DNA of 64,000 bases, taken from the NCBI RefSeq assembly GCF_009914755.1, contig NC_060940.1. One strand, given 5' to 3'. The notes below the pieces were generated by a model, which was given only the letters and a program-made list of their open reading frames with translations, searched no databases and was not told the DNA's origin. Numbering within the stretch: the first letter of the stretch is position 1; every line of letters starts with the position of its first letter. Of the stretch, positions 1 to 39,932 are shown one piece after another. The position numbers and the translations under genes were made by a program. This stretch comes from the human T2T-CHM13v2.0 reference genome, Homo sapiens.

Positions 1-715
<715 letters not shown>

Positions 716-1419
716 TTAACTAATCACAGATAAAAATAATCTGAAAAATCACACTCCTAGAAAAGATTGTTTAGAGTAAAGCTAATTTCCCAATAAAAAT
801 TGAATCGCTAATTTTTTATCTAATTTCTTCAGTTTGGTTTACTGAGAAGGATACTCAAAAGAATAAGCTACATATACCTTCATTTGGTTTGTAGGCCATT
901 TTGTATGGGGGTATGTAGGGTTTTTGGGGGTTTGTTTTTTGTTTTCGCTACCCTCACTTCTTTTACTGTGCAGTTAAAAAATAACAGTAGTTAATCTTAT
1001 AGCTTTATATAAATTTTGGAATTTATATGTGGAATGCATACATGGAATTTTTAAATCTTATTTTGACTGAAGTACAATGTTAAAGGTTATAGTGACATTA
1101 GCTATTCTTTCCTGTTAGTCTCAGTTTATTGCGCTCAATCTTCCTCCCTTCCTCCTACCACTCACATACGTTCATTTTCTTTTCTGTCAAACATACTTTG
1201 TTTTATTTTTGCATCATATAGTAAACTTTTTTACAAAACCTTTTTAAAGATACTTTGCTCATGTATCTTCCTTTAGGCAATATTTTATTTTGCCAGCAAG
1301 CTGAATAGTTGTTTTTACTATTATTGCCAGTTCTGTTTCTTCCTTTGTCTTAATGGCTTTTTTTTTTTATCAAAAAACTCTTTTTGATACTTTCTCCATG
1401 TTGTGCTTTGATTTCTCAG

Positions 1420-1612
1420 AACATTGGAAAACCAAAAAGGAACTGGAGTAAAGAAGAGCCCTATGTTGTGTGGACAATATCCTGTTAAAAGTGAGGGAAA
1501 GGAGCTGAAGATAGTTGTACAACCTGAGACACAGCACCGAGCTCGGTACCTGACTGAGGGCAGCCGTGGCTCAGTGAAAGATAGAACACAGCAAGGCTTT
1601 CCTACAGTAAAG
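1420..1612 (+). CDS. NFAT5: NFAT5 coding exon (exon 5), start of Rel-homology domain
   Basis: tttctcAG|aacattg ... gtaaag|GTattt; translates [21 protein letters not shown]...[31 protein letters not shown] (NFAT RHR HRARY.TEGSRG motif); 193 nt. Confidence 0.97.
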
Positions 1613-1759
1613 GTATTTACTTTATTTATCATTTGAATTTTAGTTAAAATGTAAAGGGGAATGAGAATATGTCCTGAAAAGTAAAATATTTTCAAATCAT
1701 GAATTTTCTTCCCTCATATTTGATATTTGAATTAGATTCATCCCAAACTTTAGAAAGAA

Positions 1760-2008
1760 TTTTTTTTTTTTTTTTTTGAGACAGAGTCTCACTCTGTCAC
1801 CCAGGCTGGAGTGCAGTGGTGTGATCTCAGCTCACTGCAGCCTCTGCCTCCGGGGTGCAAGTAATCATGCCTCAGCCACCTGAGTAGCTGGGACTACAGG
1901 TGTGTGCCACCAGGCCCAGCTAATTTTTGTATTTTAGTAGTGTCGCAGTTTCACCATGTTGGCGAGACTGGTCTGGAACTCCTGATCTCAAGTGATCCTC
2001 CCGCCTTG
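1760..2008 (-). mobile_element. Alu
   Basis: Poly-T followed by the reverse Alu body. Confidence 0.9.
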
Positions 2009-3792
2009 GAGGAAGAAATATTAAAGTGAATTCAGAGAAATACAGTAGAAATTATTAAGAACTTTGAAAATAAGGTTTTTGAGATGGTTATAGTAATCAA
2101 GACTATTGGACTGAGAAAAGACTTGATTAATACTTAAGGCTTACGGTTTAAGAAATGGGATATCATTTGCATCCACTCAAGTACAGGAGGAAAGAAGGAA
2201 ATGAGGAAAAAAAAAGAAATGAGGTATCAATTGAGTCTTAATTTTTTTTACAGTTGAGACTAAAAGTTAAAAGGGACTTAAATTTTAGCACCTAGGATAT
2301 CTTGGTATAAAGAATATTTGTCTTTGAAGACAAACCTCAAAAAAATGGGGGAATGGGGAGAGGACTTAACAAGTGTCCCTACCCCTTGCTAAATACTAAA
2401 TAGGGAGGAATTTTGGCTAGTCATATGGTAGATTCTTATTAAATACAGTTTGTATAAATATGTTAGTTGAACAGTATTTTAAGTTAGGAGTAGAGGTGGA
2501 CTGCCTTTCATTTTATACTTGAATGAAATTATGATTGAAACTCTGGATCAATCAGGAAACGTGTCTGCCACCATTTATAAGGTTGTTAATAGTCACGTGT
2601 ACAATATCAAGTCTACCCTTCTTCACTACATACTACCTTAACCCACACCCAGTCCTTCAATCCCAGGACAGGTAACAGGCAAGTGAGAAATCTATGTTAT
2701 GCTTTGTGTAAATATTTGTCTAGCTAGATATTTTGGTAGTTTGGTCATTACGTTTAACCTAATTGCCCTGACTTTAAGTTATGTTTTGTCTAGTTAGAAG
2801 TATTGTTAGATTAATTGCTTAACTATGATAGGGAATGAATTGACCTTAAAAGTTTGTTTAGTCATTCATTCAACAAATACTACACTCCTCCATGTGCCAG
2901 GCACTGTTCTAGATTCTGCTGACCAGCAATTTGACTAGTTTGCTTATTTTCCTCATTATGATACCATTTTATAGAGATGTAGCTGTACTGGAATAGAAAA
3001 GATGTGTGAATTTTTTAAGTACTTTGTTTGGCATGCATTGTACAATTTACTTTGTGATTTTCTGCATTCTATATTAGGAGCTTCAATGTTTAACTATAAG
3101 CCTCATCAAGAATCAGGATTGGAAACATTTGTTCCCAAATGCTGTTTTAAATATTTATTTATTTTTCAGCATACAAATTATAATTTAATTTATGAAGGCT
3201 TGCTAGAGACCTGTAATGATCCATAGATCCCCGTTTGAACTAGCAGTCTCTCAGACCATAATGTTTTGTCTCAGGATTTAATGATGTTATATGTATGTAT
3301 CTAGTCCGTGAAAATGAGCTTCATTTCCTTCTTATTCATATAGCTGCACTCATACTTTTCTATTCAAGTAGCTTTAGTAGAATAAAAATTTGGTATATGT
3401 GCTCTCATTTGATGATGATGATGATGCCACTAACAGTTTTGTGAGTTTTCCCATTAGTTATGGTGGTAGGTCCTGAGCAACCCAAATGCTGCCTGAAGTA
3501 CTGTGCATTCATTCTCATCTGCTTGTACAAATAAATTATAAATGATAATTTATCATCTAACATCTAAATTTATAATTTAAGTATAGTTATTACAGAATTA
3601 AAACTATGACTTACTTCAGGAATTTAGCCAACTCTTTTATGAAAATGTTTTATCTCTATTTTTCTTGAAGATTTAAATTTTTTTAAATGTAATTCAGTTA
3701 CAAGTATAGGATTTGGTCTTAAATATTTGATTTTATAATTAGATTATTTGAAATACTAATTAGTGTTTCTGTTGCATGTTTTCTGGTTTCAG

Positions 3793-3983
3793 CTGGAAGG
3801 CCATAATGAACCTGTAGTGTTGCAAGTGTTTGTGGGCAACGACTCTGGACGAGTGAAACCACATGGATTTTATCAGGCCTGCAGAGTAACTGGACGAAAT
3901 ACAACTCCTTGCAAAGAAGTGGACATTGAAGGCACTACTGTTATAGAAGTCGGCCTTGATCCTAGCAACAACATGACACTGGC
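3793..3983 (+). CDS. NFAT5: NFAT5 coding exon (exon 6), RHD
   Basis: tttcAG|ctggaa ... ctggc|GTaagt; [40 protein letters not shown]...; in phase with the previous exon. Confidence 0.97.
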
Positions 3984-4182
3984 GTAAGTACTTAGTAAGA
4001 ATTTTTCATTATACATTACACTCTTGTGTTAGGCAGAATTGTTCAGTTTCTAATGTATAGAAGATTTTTTGCGTATTTTATTAAAATGTTTTAAATATTA
4101 TGAATAAAAAAAGACATTACTTCAGAATGGTAATGGGTTAAAATTAACTCTTTTACCATTTGCTAAAGAATTCCCATGGTTG

Positions 4183-7633
<3,451 letters not shown>

Positions 7634-7910
7634 GATCTCTTATAAGCCATTATTTATGTTCAGATTTTAAAATAGTGATTTTATTTTTTTTACTTTTTAT
7701 TATTATAAACAAAAGATTGACAGGATTAGGAACAGTGGTGAATGTTTAGAATTTACCCTTTTGTACTTTTTGAACTTGGAACTTTGTAACTTTATTACAT
7801 ATTCACAGAATTAATAGATAAGCAAAATTTTAAAAACAAACTTGTTGATTAAGAACATTATACTATTTATACAACAAAATGTCCCTTTATATATTTTTTT
7901 TCTGTATTAG

Positions 7911-8083
7911 GGTGGACTGCGTAGGGATATTGAAATTGAGGAATGCTGATGTCGAAGCCAGAATAGGAATTGCTGGTTCCAAGAAGAAAAGCACTCGTGC
8001 CAGATTGGTTTTTCGAGTTAATATCATGAGGAAAGATGGCTCCACTTTGACACTGCAAACACCCTCTTCTCCAATTTTGTGTA
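7911..8083 (+). CDS. NFAT5: NFAT5 coding exon (exon 7), RHD
   Basis: tattAG|ggtggac ... tgta|GTaagt; [19 protein letters not shown]...[10 protein letters not shown] (NFAT DCxGILKLRNxD motif). Confidence 0.97.
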
Positions 8084-8333
8084 GTAAGTAAGAAGATACG
8101 GAGATACTAAACATATGGAGTTTCTTTCATTTTCTGTTAATCTTTTAGACATCTCTAAATTTTAGATATTTCATATGCTCCGGCTTGTGATCATGCAAAA
8201 TTTGAAATATTTTAAAAGCAGTAGTCAGATTTTCTAGACCAAACTAGAGGTGAATACTTGGGATACAATTCAAAAGATGTGGAACATTTTGTAGTTTCCT
8301 ATTATCATAATATGCTGATTTAAAAAGTAATTT

Positions 8334-13235
<4,902 letters not shown>

Positions 13236-13368
13236 AACTTAAAAATAAAACAGTTAATGCTTAAGTAATCTTGACTTTAGTTGTGTTTAGTATGGCGTCT
13301 GTTGGGGACTCATCTCGTAAACTTTAAAGAAAGGACCTTTTAAAAGGCCAGAAGTTAAATTATCTTGA

Positions 13369-15529
<2,161 letters not shown>

Positions 15530-16121
15530 CTTTACAAGAATAGTAAATTTTAAGTAACAAAACTGTATAATATGTGGGATCTCTTTTGCATAATTGTATA
15601 ATGTCAAGATTCAATATACTTCTTTTCTGACTTGTACTGTATAACTTGTGAATAAAGCAGGTCATTTTTGCAGAAACTAAAAAAAAAAAAAAAAGAAAGT
15701 AACCGACTAGTTCTTTCTGTAATGTAAATACGAATATGTAGAAGATAAATATATTCTAAACCTTGGGGCCTCATTTGGCTGTCTTATGCCTTTAACAAAT
15801 AAATTTAAAAAATGAGATATGGGAAAAAGTTTTATCAGTAATCAGTGAAGTGGAATTTCCACACAGTATTTGAAAATGGAGGGAAAGGTTATATGCTTTA
15901 CGTTTCATTTTGGTAATACAATATATTAATGTAATTTTAACAAGATATACCATATGTTTCTGGAATGTTTTTAAAAACAAGTATCTATTTCCTGTTACTC
16001 CAAAAAGTTACCTTTGAATAAACTGATTTAGTTAATTCTTCATTTAAAAGGGTATATCATTGTCAGTGTATGACCAATAACCCTTTCCATTCTGTTCACA
16101 CATTTACCCTATAGGTTCTAG

Positions 16122-16471
<350 letters not shown>

Positions 16472-16546
16472 AGTGTATTTGTTTATACATTAACAATTTC
16501 TATTAAACTCCCCAGCATTGTTGAAAATGTCATTTATCATATACAA

Positions 16547-17775
<1,229 letters not shown>

Positions 17776-18160
17776 TTTAACAAAGACAGGATACTTGTTT
17801 GTATCAATAGCTGAAGGCTAAATGATACTGCAATAACACACAATTTAAAAGAAGACAACAAAACAAAACTCAGTGGCTTACAACAACTGAGTTGGTAAAA
17901 CCATGTGATGGCTCTCAAAACTTTCACTTGGACTTGGCACATTACTTCAGTTCATATTTGATTATCCAAACCAGTCACATGACCAAGCCTGTCAGTAGAG
18001 CAAGAATTATAGCCTTTCCAGATAATTGTGTAACTATAAAAATATTTATTACTCCTCCTTCAATAAAGACAACTCATAGAACCGGATGATTGCAAGTTGA
18101 TTTTAGGTAAGAAATAAGTTTTGGTGGTTCTTCTTATAGAATGCTTATGTATCTCCACAG

Positions 18161-18295
18161 CTCAGCCAGCAGGAGTGCCAGAAATCTTAAAGAAAAGCTT
18201 GCATAGCTGTTCAGTGAAAGGAGAAGAAGAAGTGTTTTTAATCGGCAAGAACTTTCTGAAAGGAACTAAAGTTATTTTCCAAGAAAATGTTTCTG
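18161..18295 (+). CDS. NFAT5: NFAT5 coding exon (exon 8), IPT/TIG domain
   Basis: ccacAG|ctcagcc ... ttctg|GTaagt; [44 protein letters not shown]. Confidence 0.96.
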
Positions 18296-18419
18296 GTAAG
18301 TACGCATATTTGTGGTACAGATATTTGTATGTTTTCACTTTGTTATATGGATATAGTCATAGCTACAGAGTAAAAAAAATAGTTCAAAAATTTAATAAAT
18401 CACTTTTTATTTCAATCAG

Positions 18420-18472
18420 ATGAAAACTCTTGGAAGTCAGAAGCTGAAATTGATATGGAACTATTTCATCAG
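18420..18472 (+). CDS. NFAT5: NFAT5 coding exon (exon 9), IPT domain
   Basis: aatcAG|atgaaaac ... catcag|GTaaaa; [18 protein letters not shown]; 53 nt, follows a 124-nt intron. Confidence 0.95.
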
Positions 18473-19329
18473 GTAAAATTTAAGCTTTTTTTATAATTTG
18501 GTTATTTACTCTCTGAGCAATTCAGTTTTGTTTTGAAATTTTCCTGAATCAATAGATTAAATTTCTTCTTCCTATGGGATTGATATGAATTATTTAAAGT
18601 TTCTTTCTTGAGTTTCTTTAACTGAAATAGAATTATTTTCCTAATGGTAAACATGACCACCTCTATTTTAAAAAGTTAGGATCATTAACAAATGTTTCCA
18701 TTGTTAATAAACAAAATCTTTCTTTCCTGATACTTATTTTCTCTGAGGATTTGCATAATCTTAATCCACTATATAGTTAAATAAAAGGGAAACCAATATT
18801 TATTGAGAATCTGTTATGTTTCAGGTACTTTATATTTGTTAAACCTTCTTGTGTTTAGAAGCACTCATCACACTGATATTAGTCTGTATTTGCAGGACCT
18901 CACCATGTATTGTTTCCCAAATAACAATGAAAACTTGAAAACAAGGATCAAGACCTGACTTAGGAATTCGTATTTAGAGCAGACAGGACCAAACCCCTAG
19001 AAATTGAGACTAACAGAAGGCCAAATTTATAAGCAAGTTAGAAGGCACATGGAGAAGAGGTAGTATGTACAGGTGTAGAACTGAGACAGAGAGAGAAGAG
19101 AGAAACAGGAACAAGCTAATGTGTAAATTACCCAAAGCCTAAAATTTAGTGTAAGCTGATGGGGAAAGAAAAGAGCACATGACAGAAGGTAGAGAAATAG
19201 AAGATGCAAAAATTAGACAATCTATAGCCACTTTATCCAAAAAGTTTATAATTTCCTTGTTGTTTTAAAATTTATTTTTTATTCCTTTGTGTATTTTTAA
19301 AAACCTAATAAAATTTAAAACATATATCC

Positions 19330-20308
<979 letters not shown>

Positions 20309-21625
20309 AATATCGTATAGTGTGGAGATTCCTATATATCTAGACAAATGCTATGTGGCAAGTTTTCCTCTGGCCTTATGCAACTACATGTTGTGGAAAA
20401 GAGATAATGGGACTTAACAAACATTCCTTTGTCACACAGACCATTGGGCAATATCTCCTAGGGTTTATAGTCAGACTAGTCTTAATTGAAGTTTTAATAC
20501 CTGCTTTGTCATTAGCAATCTGTGTTAACTAAGTAAGACAAATGACTTTTGTGCTCCAGTTTTCTGATCTGTAAGATAAGCGCTTTCATTAGATTATTTG
20601 AGACTCCTCTGACTCTAACATTTTATTATTTCTTATATTATTTGATCAGACCATCTCCACTCCCATGAACCAACAATAGCTTCCTCTGGAGTACTCCTGG
20701 AGGTTAGAGGCAATGTATTATAATTCTTCTGTGTTCCTTGTAATACCAAACACTTAATAGATACACAAGAAAAACTTATTAGTTCATTTTATTCACCTTG
20801 AAGAAAAAAATGGGTGACTGTGTGGTCTAAGTAAGGTTCATTTGTTCTTTCCGAGGATACTTCAAACCCTAATTTCAGCCAGGTCTTTAAATACCTAGAG
20901 TTGTAATCCTAACTGAAACTTAATTTATTCATGCAGTACTTTTGTATGCTATGAACATGTTTTGTTTCTTGACAAATTAGTTAGATTAATGTAGACTCCC
21001 TTGCTTGTAATGCTCTATTATGATTGTTATTCTTATGATAAAGATTGATAGATAAGGAGACTATTTCTGGAGATTGAGAGACTTGCCTTATAAATTATAC
21101 AAAATATCAATGACATAGCCCCAACAAATTGTAGTATTAACTTGCTATTTTGTATAGAACTTTATATTCATAAGTTATCCTCCCTCCCTACCTCCATTTT
21201 TCTTTCTCTCTCTCTCTCTTGCCTTTTGAGGCATGGGGTAGTTATATTTTTAAAACACTTTTTTTCAGGGCAGTTATGCCAGCTACAGTAGGTTAAAGAA
21301 TAATAATCATAAAAATAAGACACGTGGTGGAATGGAAAGGAATTATATCCTTATTTGGTGACTATATCTAGAGGTCCTGGGGTTTTTGCAAGCAAGTATG
21401 TAAACAAACTAAATCATAATATAATCTGTCATTAATTCTGTGGTTTTGTTCATTTTTATCTTTTTCAGAGAGAGGTTTTATTTTATTTTTTTTCTAAAGG
21501 GGTTTTCTTGGAAGCCTTTTCTTTGAGTGGAATCAGAGCTGAGATCCTAGAGAATTGATTCTAGAGATTATATAAAGGAAGAAAACCCACAAAGCAAACC
21601 TTTAGGGGGAAGAAAATGTGTTGAG

Positions 21626-24143
<2,518 letters not shown>

Positions 24144-24709
24144 TGACTGTATTTCAGAGAGTGTTTTAAGATGGCTCAGAAACAAATTAAATTCTCAGAA
24201 ATGGAAACCTTGACCTTGATCTCATTTGTCCCATATTTTCTATTCAACTGAGTCAACGAACTATGTAGTCTAACTAAATTTTAAATGTCATCAAACTCAC
24301 GTCACCCTCAGCTGTCAGCTTCGGCCTCCTGCAAATCAGATCATTAGTGAAAAAGCATAATCACTACCCTGTGATATCCCCTACCATTATAATAATCTAC
24401 TAGGGAAGAAGAAAAAAAAGTCAAATATGGCTCATATTACCCTCTAAGAAGATATAGTACCCTTGAGTAAGTACTGGTGAAACTTTTATGAACTCTGCCT
24501 TTCTCTTATAAGGATGCTTCTGCCACTGTTCCAACTAAAAACATCTTTGGTTTACTGAGATGTGGATAAACTGAACCCAATTTGACTTAAAATGAGAATT
24601 ATGTTGTTAGGAGTAGCGAACTGCATTGTGAAATACATCTCACATTGAGGTTGTACAGAATGTATGGTAACTGACTTTGCCCTTGGTGGGCATATTTTTT
24701 TTCTAATAA

Positions 24710-25230
24710 TTTATTCATTCTTTTATTCAATATGTACCTTATGTAAGGTACTATTCTTTACAAGTGAGACAGAGTGAAGAACAAAACAGCCTAGATCCTC
24801 ATGGAGCTTACATTCTTATGTTTGGAGAAAGACCAAAAAACAAGCAAATAGGGTAATTTGCAGGGGTGAGGATAAGTGCTGTTATGGAAATAAACAAGAT
24901 TATGTTATAAGGTTGGGGAAGGGTTTTGCTTTAAATAGGATGATCAGGGAAGGCTTCTTTGAGGTGACATTTGTATCTGACCTGATAATGGGTTAGGAAC
25001 TCACCATTTGAGGAGGTGAAGGAATAATATTGCAATTGAAGAGAATAACAAGTATAGAGAATCTGAGGTAAAACTGAGTTTAGTATGTTAAAAGAAGGGA
25101 CCGAGGTCAGTGTGGCTACAGTGTAGTGAGCTAGAAGAGCAGGAATGAGATGAAGTTGACAGGGCAGGGATCTTGACCTTGTAAGCCATTATAAAACACT
25201 TGGATTTTACCTTAAAAGCAGTGTTAAGAT
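24710..25230 (-). mobile_element. L2 fragment
   Basis: tttattcattc..., tcctcatggagcttacattc, gatcagggaaggcttctttgaggtgacatttg, gaccttgtaagccatt..ttggatttta. Confidence 0.65.
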
Positions 25231-25386
25231 TAATATCCTGATGCCTGTGAACCTGAGCTTTAAAATGCATTCTTTTTTTTTTAATCACTTTTTAAACTTT
25301 ACAGCTAACAGGAAATATACTTCATTTAAAATTTTTAAATTTAAGTATTGCTTCTTTTCCAACTCTTGTGCTTTTCTTTACATTAG

Positions 25387-25519
25387 AATCATCTTATTGT
25401 GAAGGTTCCTCCCTATCATGACCAACATATAACTTTGCCTGTGTCAGTGGGAATATATGTAGTGACAAATGCTGGAAGATCTCATGATGTTCAACCATTC
25501 ACTTACACTCCAGACCCAG
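25387..25519 (+). CDS. NFAT5: NFAT5 coding exon (exon 10), IPT domain
   Basis: cattAG|aatcat ... gacccag|GTatgt; [44 protein letters not shown]. Confidence 0.96.
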
Positions 25520-26054
25520 GTATGTCAAAATGAAAAATTCAGAACTAAAACAAATAATTAATTTCCAGTTTTTTGAAAGAATATGAAGATGACTAGCCAA
25601 CCAAAAAGAAAGTTGCTCACTAAGATGAATTGATGTTAGTTTCTTTTGGAAATGACATTATTTTCTAAGAGGACAGCCGCCAGATACTGCTTTTACTCTT
25701 ATATTAAGGAATCATTTCTACCTTATGCTATAATAATAAAAGGCAGCAATGCTCTGAAGTCAGATTCTCTGAAGCTATCTGACAGGTTACTCCTCCATAA
25801 GAATTTCCATGCATTGACTACCGCTTATGTGCAGAAACCTGAAAGTGACAACTTTGGGAAATTGCTAATAGTTTAGTTTGGCTGGTTTATAGGGTACATT
25901 TTGAGAGAGAGAAGAGATAAACTAGAGTGACAGGTGATAAAATAAAAAATCCCAAAGACTGATGGTGAATAAATATTTTTTTCTTTCTATATTGCCCCAT
26001 AATACCTGATAAATATTTTAAATAAAACTTTGGTTGGGTTAAAACGATATTTTA

Positions 26055-32870
<6,816 letters not shown>

Positions 32871-33070
32871 TTGTTTTGCTAAGTGATCACATGCTCCGCC
32901 CACTTGGAGATTGGAGAATTTAGAGGATAGAAATTTACCTCAACTAGAATTTCTGCTAAATAAATAATTAAATGATACTTTGTGACAAGATATTCTAATT
33001 AAAGAATTTAAGATACGAGGTTTTTAGGATGAGTAAATGTAGATAAATACATTAATCTTTTTTTTAATAG

Positions 33071-33154
33071 CAGCAGCTGGTGCTTTGAATGTAAATGTGA
33101 AGAAGGAAATATCTAGTCCAGCAAGACCTTGCTCTTTTGAAGAGGCCATGAAAG
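33071..33154 (+). CDS. NFAT5: NFAT5 coding exon (exon 11), tandem NAG acceptors
   Basis: taatAG|cagcagctgg ... atgaaag|GTacca; [28 protein letters not shown]; the start could also be 33074 or 33077. Confidence 0.93.
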
Positions 33155-33356
33155 GTACCAAGTAAATTCTTCTCAAAAATCGTAATTGGGTGCTCCTGTA
33201 TGTTTTCTCTAGCACACCTTACTATTTTGTTTTCTCTTAGGTACTTATAATACTTTGCAGGGTATCTTCATATTGTAAAATAAATATGTGTTTAACTTTA
33301 CTAAATGTAGAGACTTGTTTTCCAATTTGATATTTTTCTTGCTGAATATGTTTTTA

Positions 33357-33387
<31 letters not shown>

Positions 33388-33448
33388 GTATATTGGAGTG
33401 GAGGAGTTTTGTTTTTTTTTTTAATTACCCAATATTAAAAGTATATGA

Positions 33449-38068
<4,620 letters not shown>

Positions 38069-39123
38069 TGAAGGGAGCGATCCAACTTATAGACCATGTG
38101 CCATTTTAAAAGCTTCTTTATAGCCAAGATTTCTTCTCGATATCAAATTAAGAAATTTAACAGCTATGCTTTCTGAAGACTGTTTCCATAGAGCTTCCAA
38201 GTGGTAGTAAACTTTTAAATCAGGATTTGGCTATGTGCTCAACTCAGAAGACTGTCATTAGCAATAGCAGTAGGTACCACTGAGTGCCACTGCGGACTCA
38301 AGTAGACAAAAAAGAAGAAAGAAAAGCAATCAAGGGGGAAAGGTAGATATAGTGAAGTGGTAGAATCTTGCTATATGTTGCCTCTAGGTATAAATCTAGA
38401 ACTAACTACTCCTGAAAATGGAGGTAGTAGGAGGTGGGAAATAATTTTTCATTTTGCTTGGGAAATTTGGTTTGTAAACCTAAAATAGCCCTTATTTCTG
38501 GGGAAAAAAAAAAAGATGTTTAAAGTCCAGTCTAAAAGAGAATTGTGTCCATGTGTCAACTTGTCATATTCAAGTTTTCTAATTAATTTAGTTTTCTTTT
38601 AATTTAGAAAAGCAAAATTTATTAATCACTGGGTGGTATTTTCTAATGAGAAGCTTGAACTTAGTTTAAGAAAGAAGTGCTCTGACAATCTCATAGTCCT
38701 TAAGAAGTTCTGAGACTATATTGTCAGATAGCTAAATGCTAAGAGAAGAGTGTAGTTTGTAATTGAGTAGCTTTATCCTCCTGGAGATTTTTAAGCTGTA
38801 TCCTATAATATACTCTTGGTCAGGTTGGGTAGTATGATTCAAGGCACTTGGAACCGTCTTGGGGAATATAGCTTGGTAATTGAACTGCTTAAGCTTATTA
38901 TTAATATTTAAGCTATAGTTCCAGGCCCATTCCAGAGGTCCCCCAGCCAATGCACTTCATAAAAGGGAAGATATATCTTAATATACCAGGTTTGTATCTC
39001 ATGCTACCATTGTAGCATCAAAAAAATAGACATTTAAATCATGGCTAATAACAAATTTTAGAATGAAATAGTTGGTAAATTTTGTGATTTTAAACTTTTC
39101 TTTTTGTGTGTGTGTATATGCAG

Positions 39124-39272
39124 CAATGAAAACTACTGGATGTAATTTAGATAAGGTAAATATTATCCCTAATGCCCTGATGACTCCACTCATACCAAGC
39201 AGTATGATTAAGAGTGAAGATGTTACTCCAATGGAAGTAACAGCAGAAAAAAGATCTTCCACTATTTTTAAG
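39124..39272 (+). CDS. NFAT5: NFAT5 coding exon (exon 12)
   Basis: atgcAG|caatg ... tttaag|GTaagc; [50 protein letters not shown]. Confidence 0.95.
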
Positions 39273-39932
39273 GTAAGCTGTATTGACTAGTGCACAAACC
39301 TCCTATATAAAAATTGCTGTCTTTTACTTTTCCTATTTTTTTAACATTATTTTTACTTTGGATGCACTTAATGAATTTTGCTGTAAAGAGGGAATGCTTT
39401 ATACTTCAGCAAAATTGCCCACATAGTGACTTCCAATATACAAGGGAGGAATTAATATGTTGTATGAGATATTGATGAAAGTACTAATTTTAGCATTTTC
39501 AGAATTAGAGATGTTTTTATTTTTTTCCCAGTCTTTTCCCATAACTTTCTGTTTCTTTTTTTTACTTGTCTTATCCCCTGTAATGTTACTGAGGAGCCAC
39601 AAAATTGAGATATTTTGATACCTGCTCTTCATGAACCATAAAATTACTGTGTTCTGATTACCCTTAATTCACCTAAGCATATCAATAGCCGATTATTCTA
39701 CTTCCTTGTTTGACTATCTTTGCTTGTCGTACTTTTAAAAAATATATCTCAAGGAAAATGAGACATCATGTTATGGAGAATTGTAGTCCTGTACCTGTTT
39801 TCTAAATGATAATAATATAGAGTGGAAAGCTGGTCCTGCATATATTTTTAGAGCAATAGTGATTTTTGATGTATGTTACAAACTTGTTTAATGTTTATAT
39901 ATTCATAATATTTGGGGATTTTTATTTTTTAG

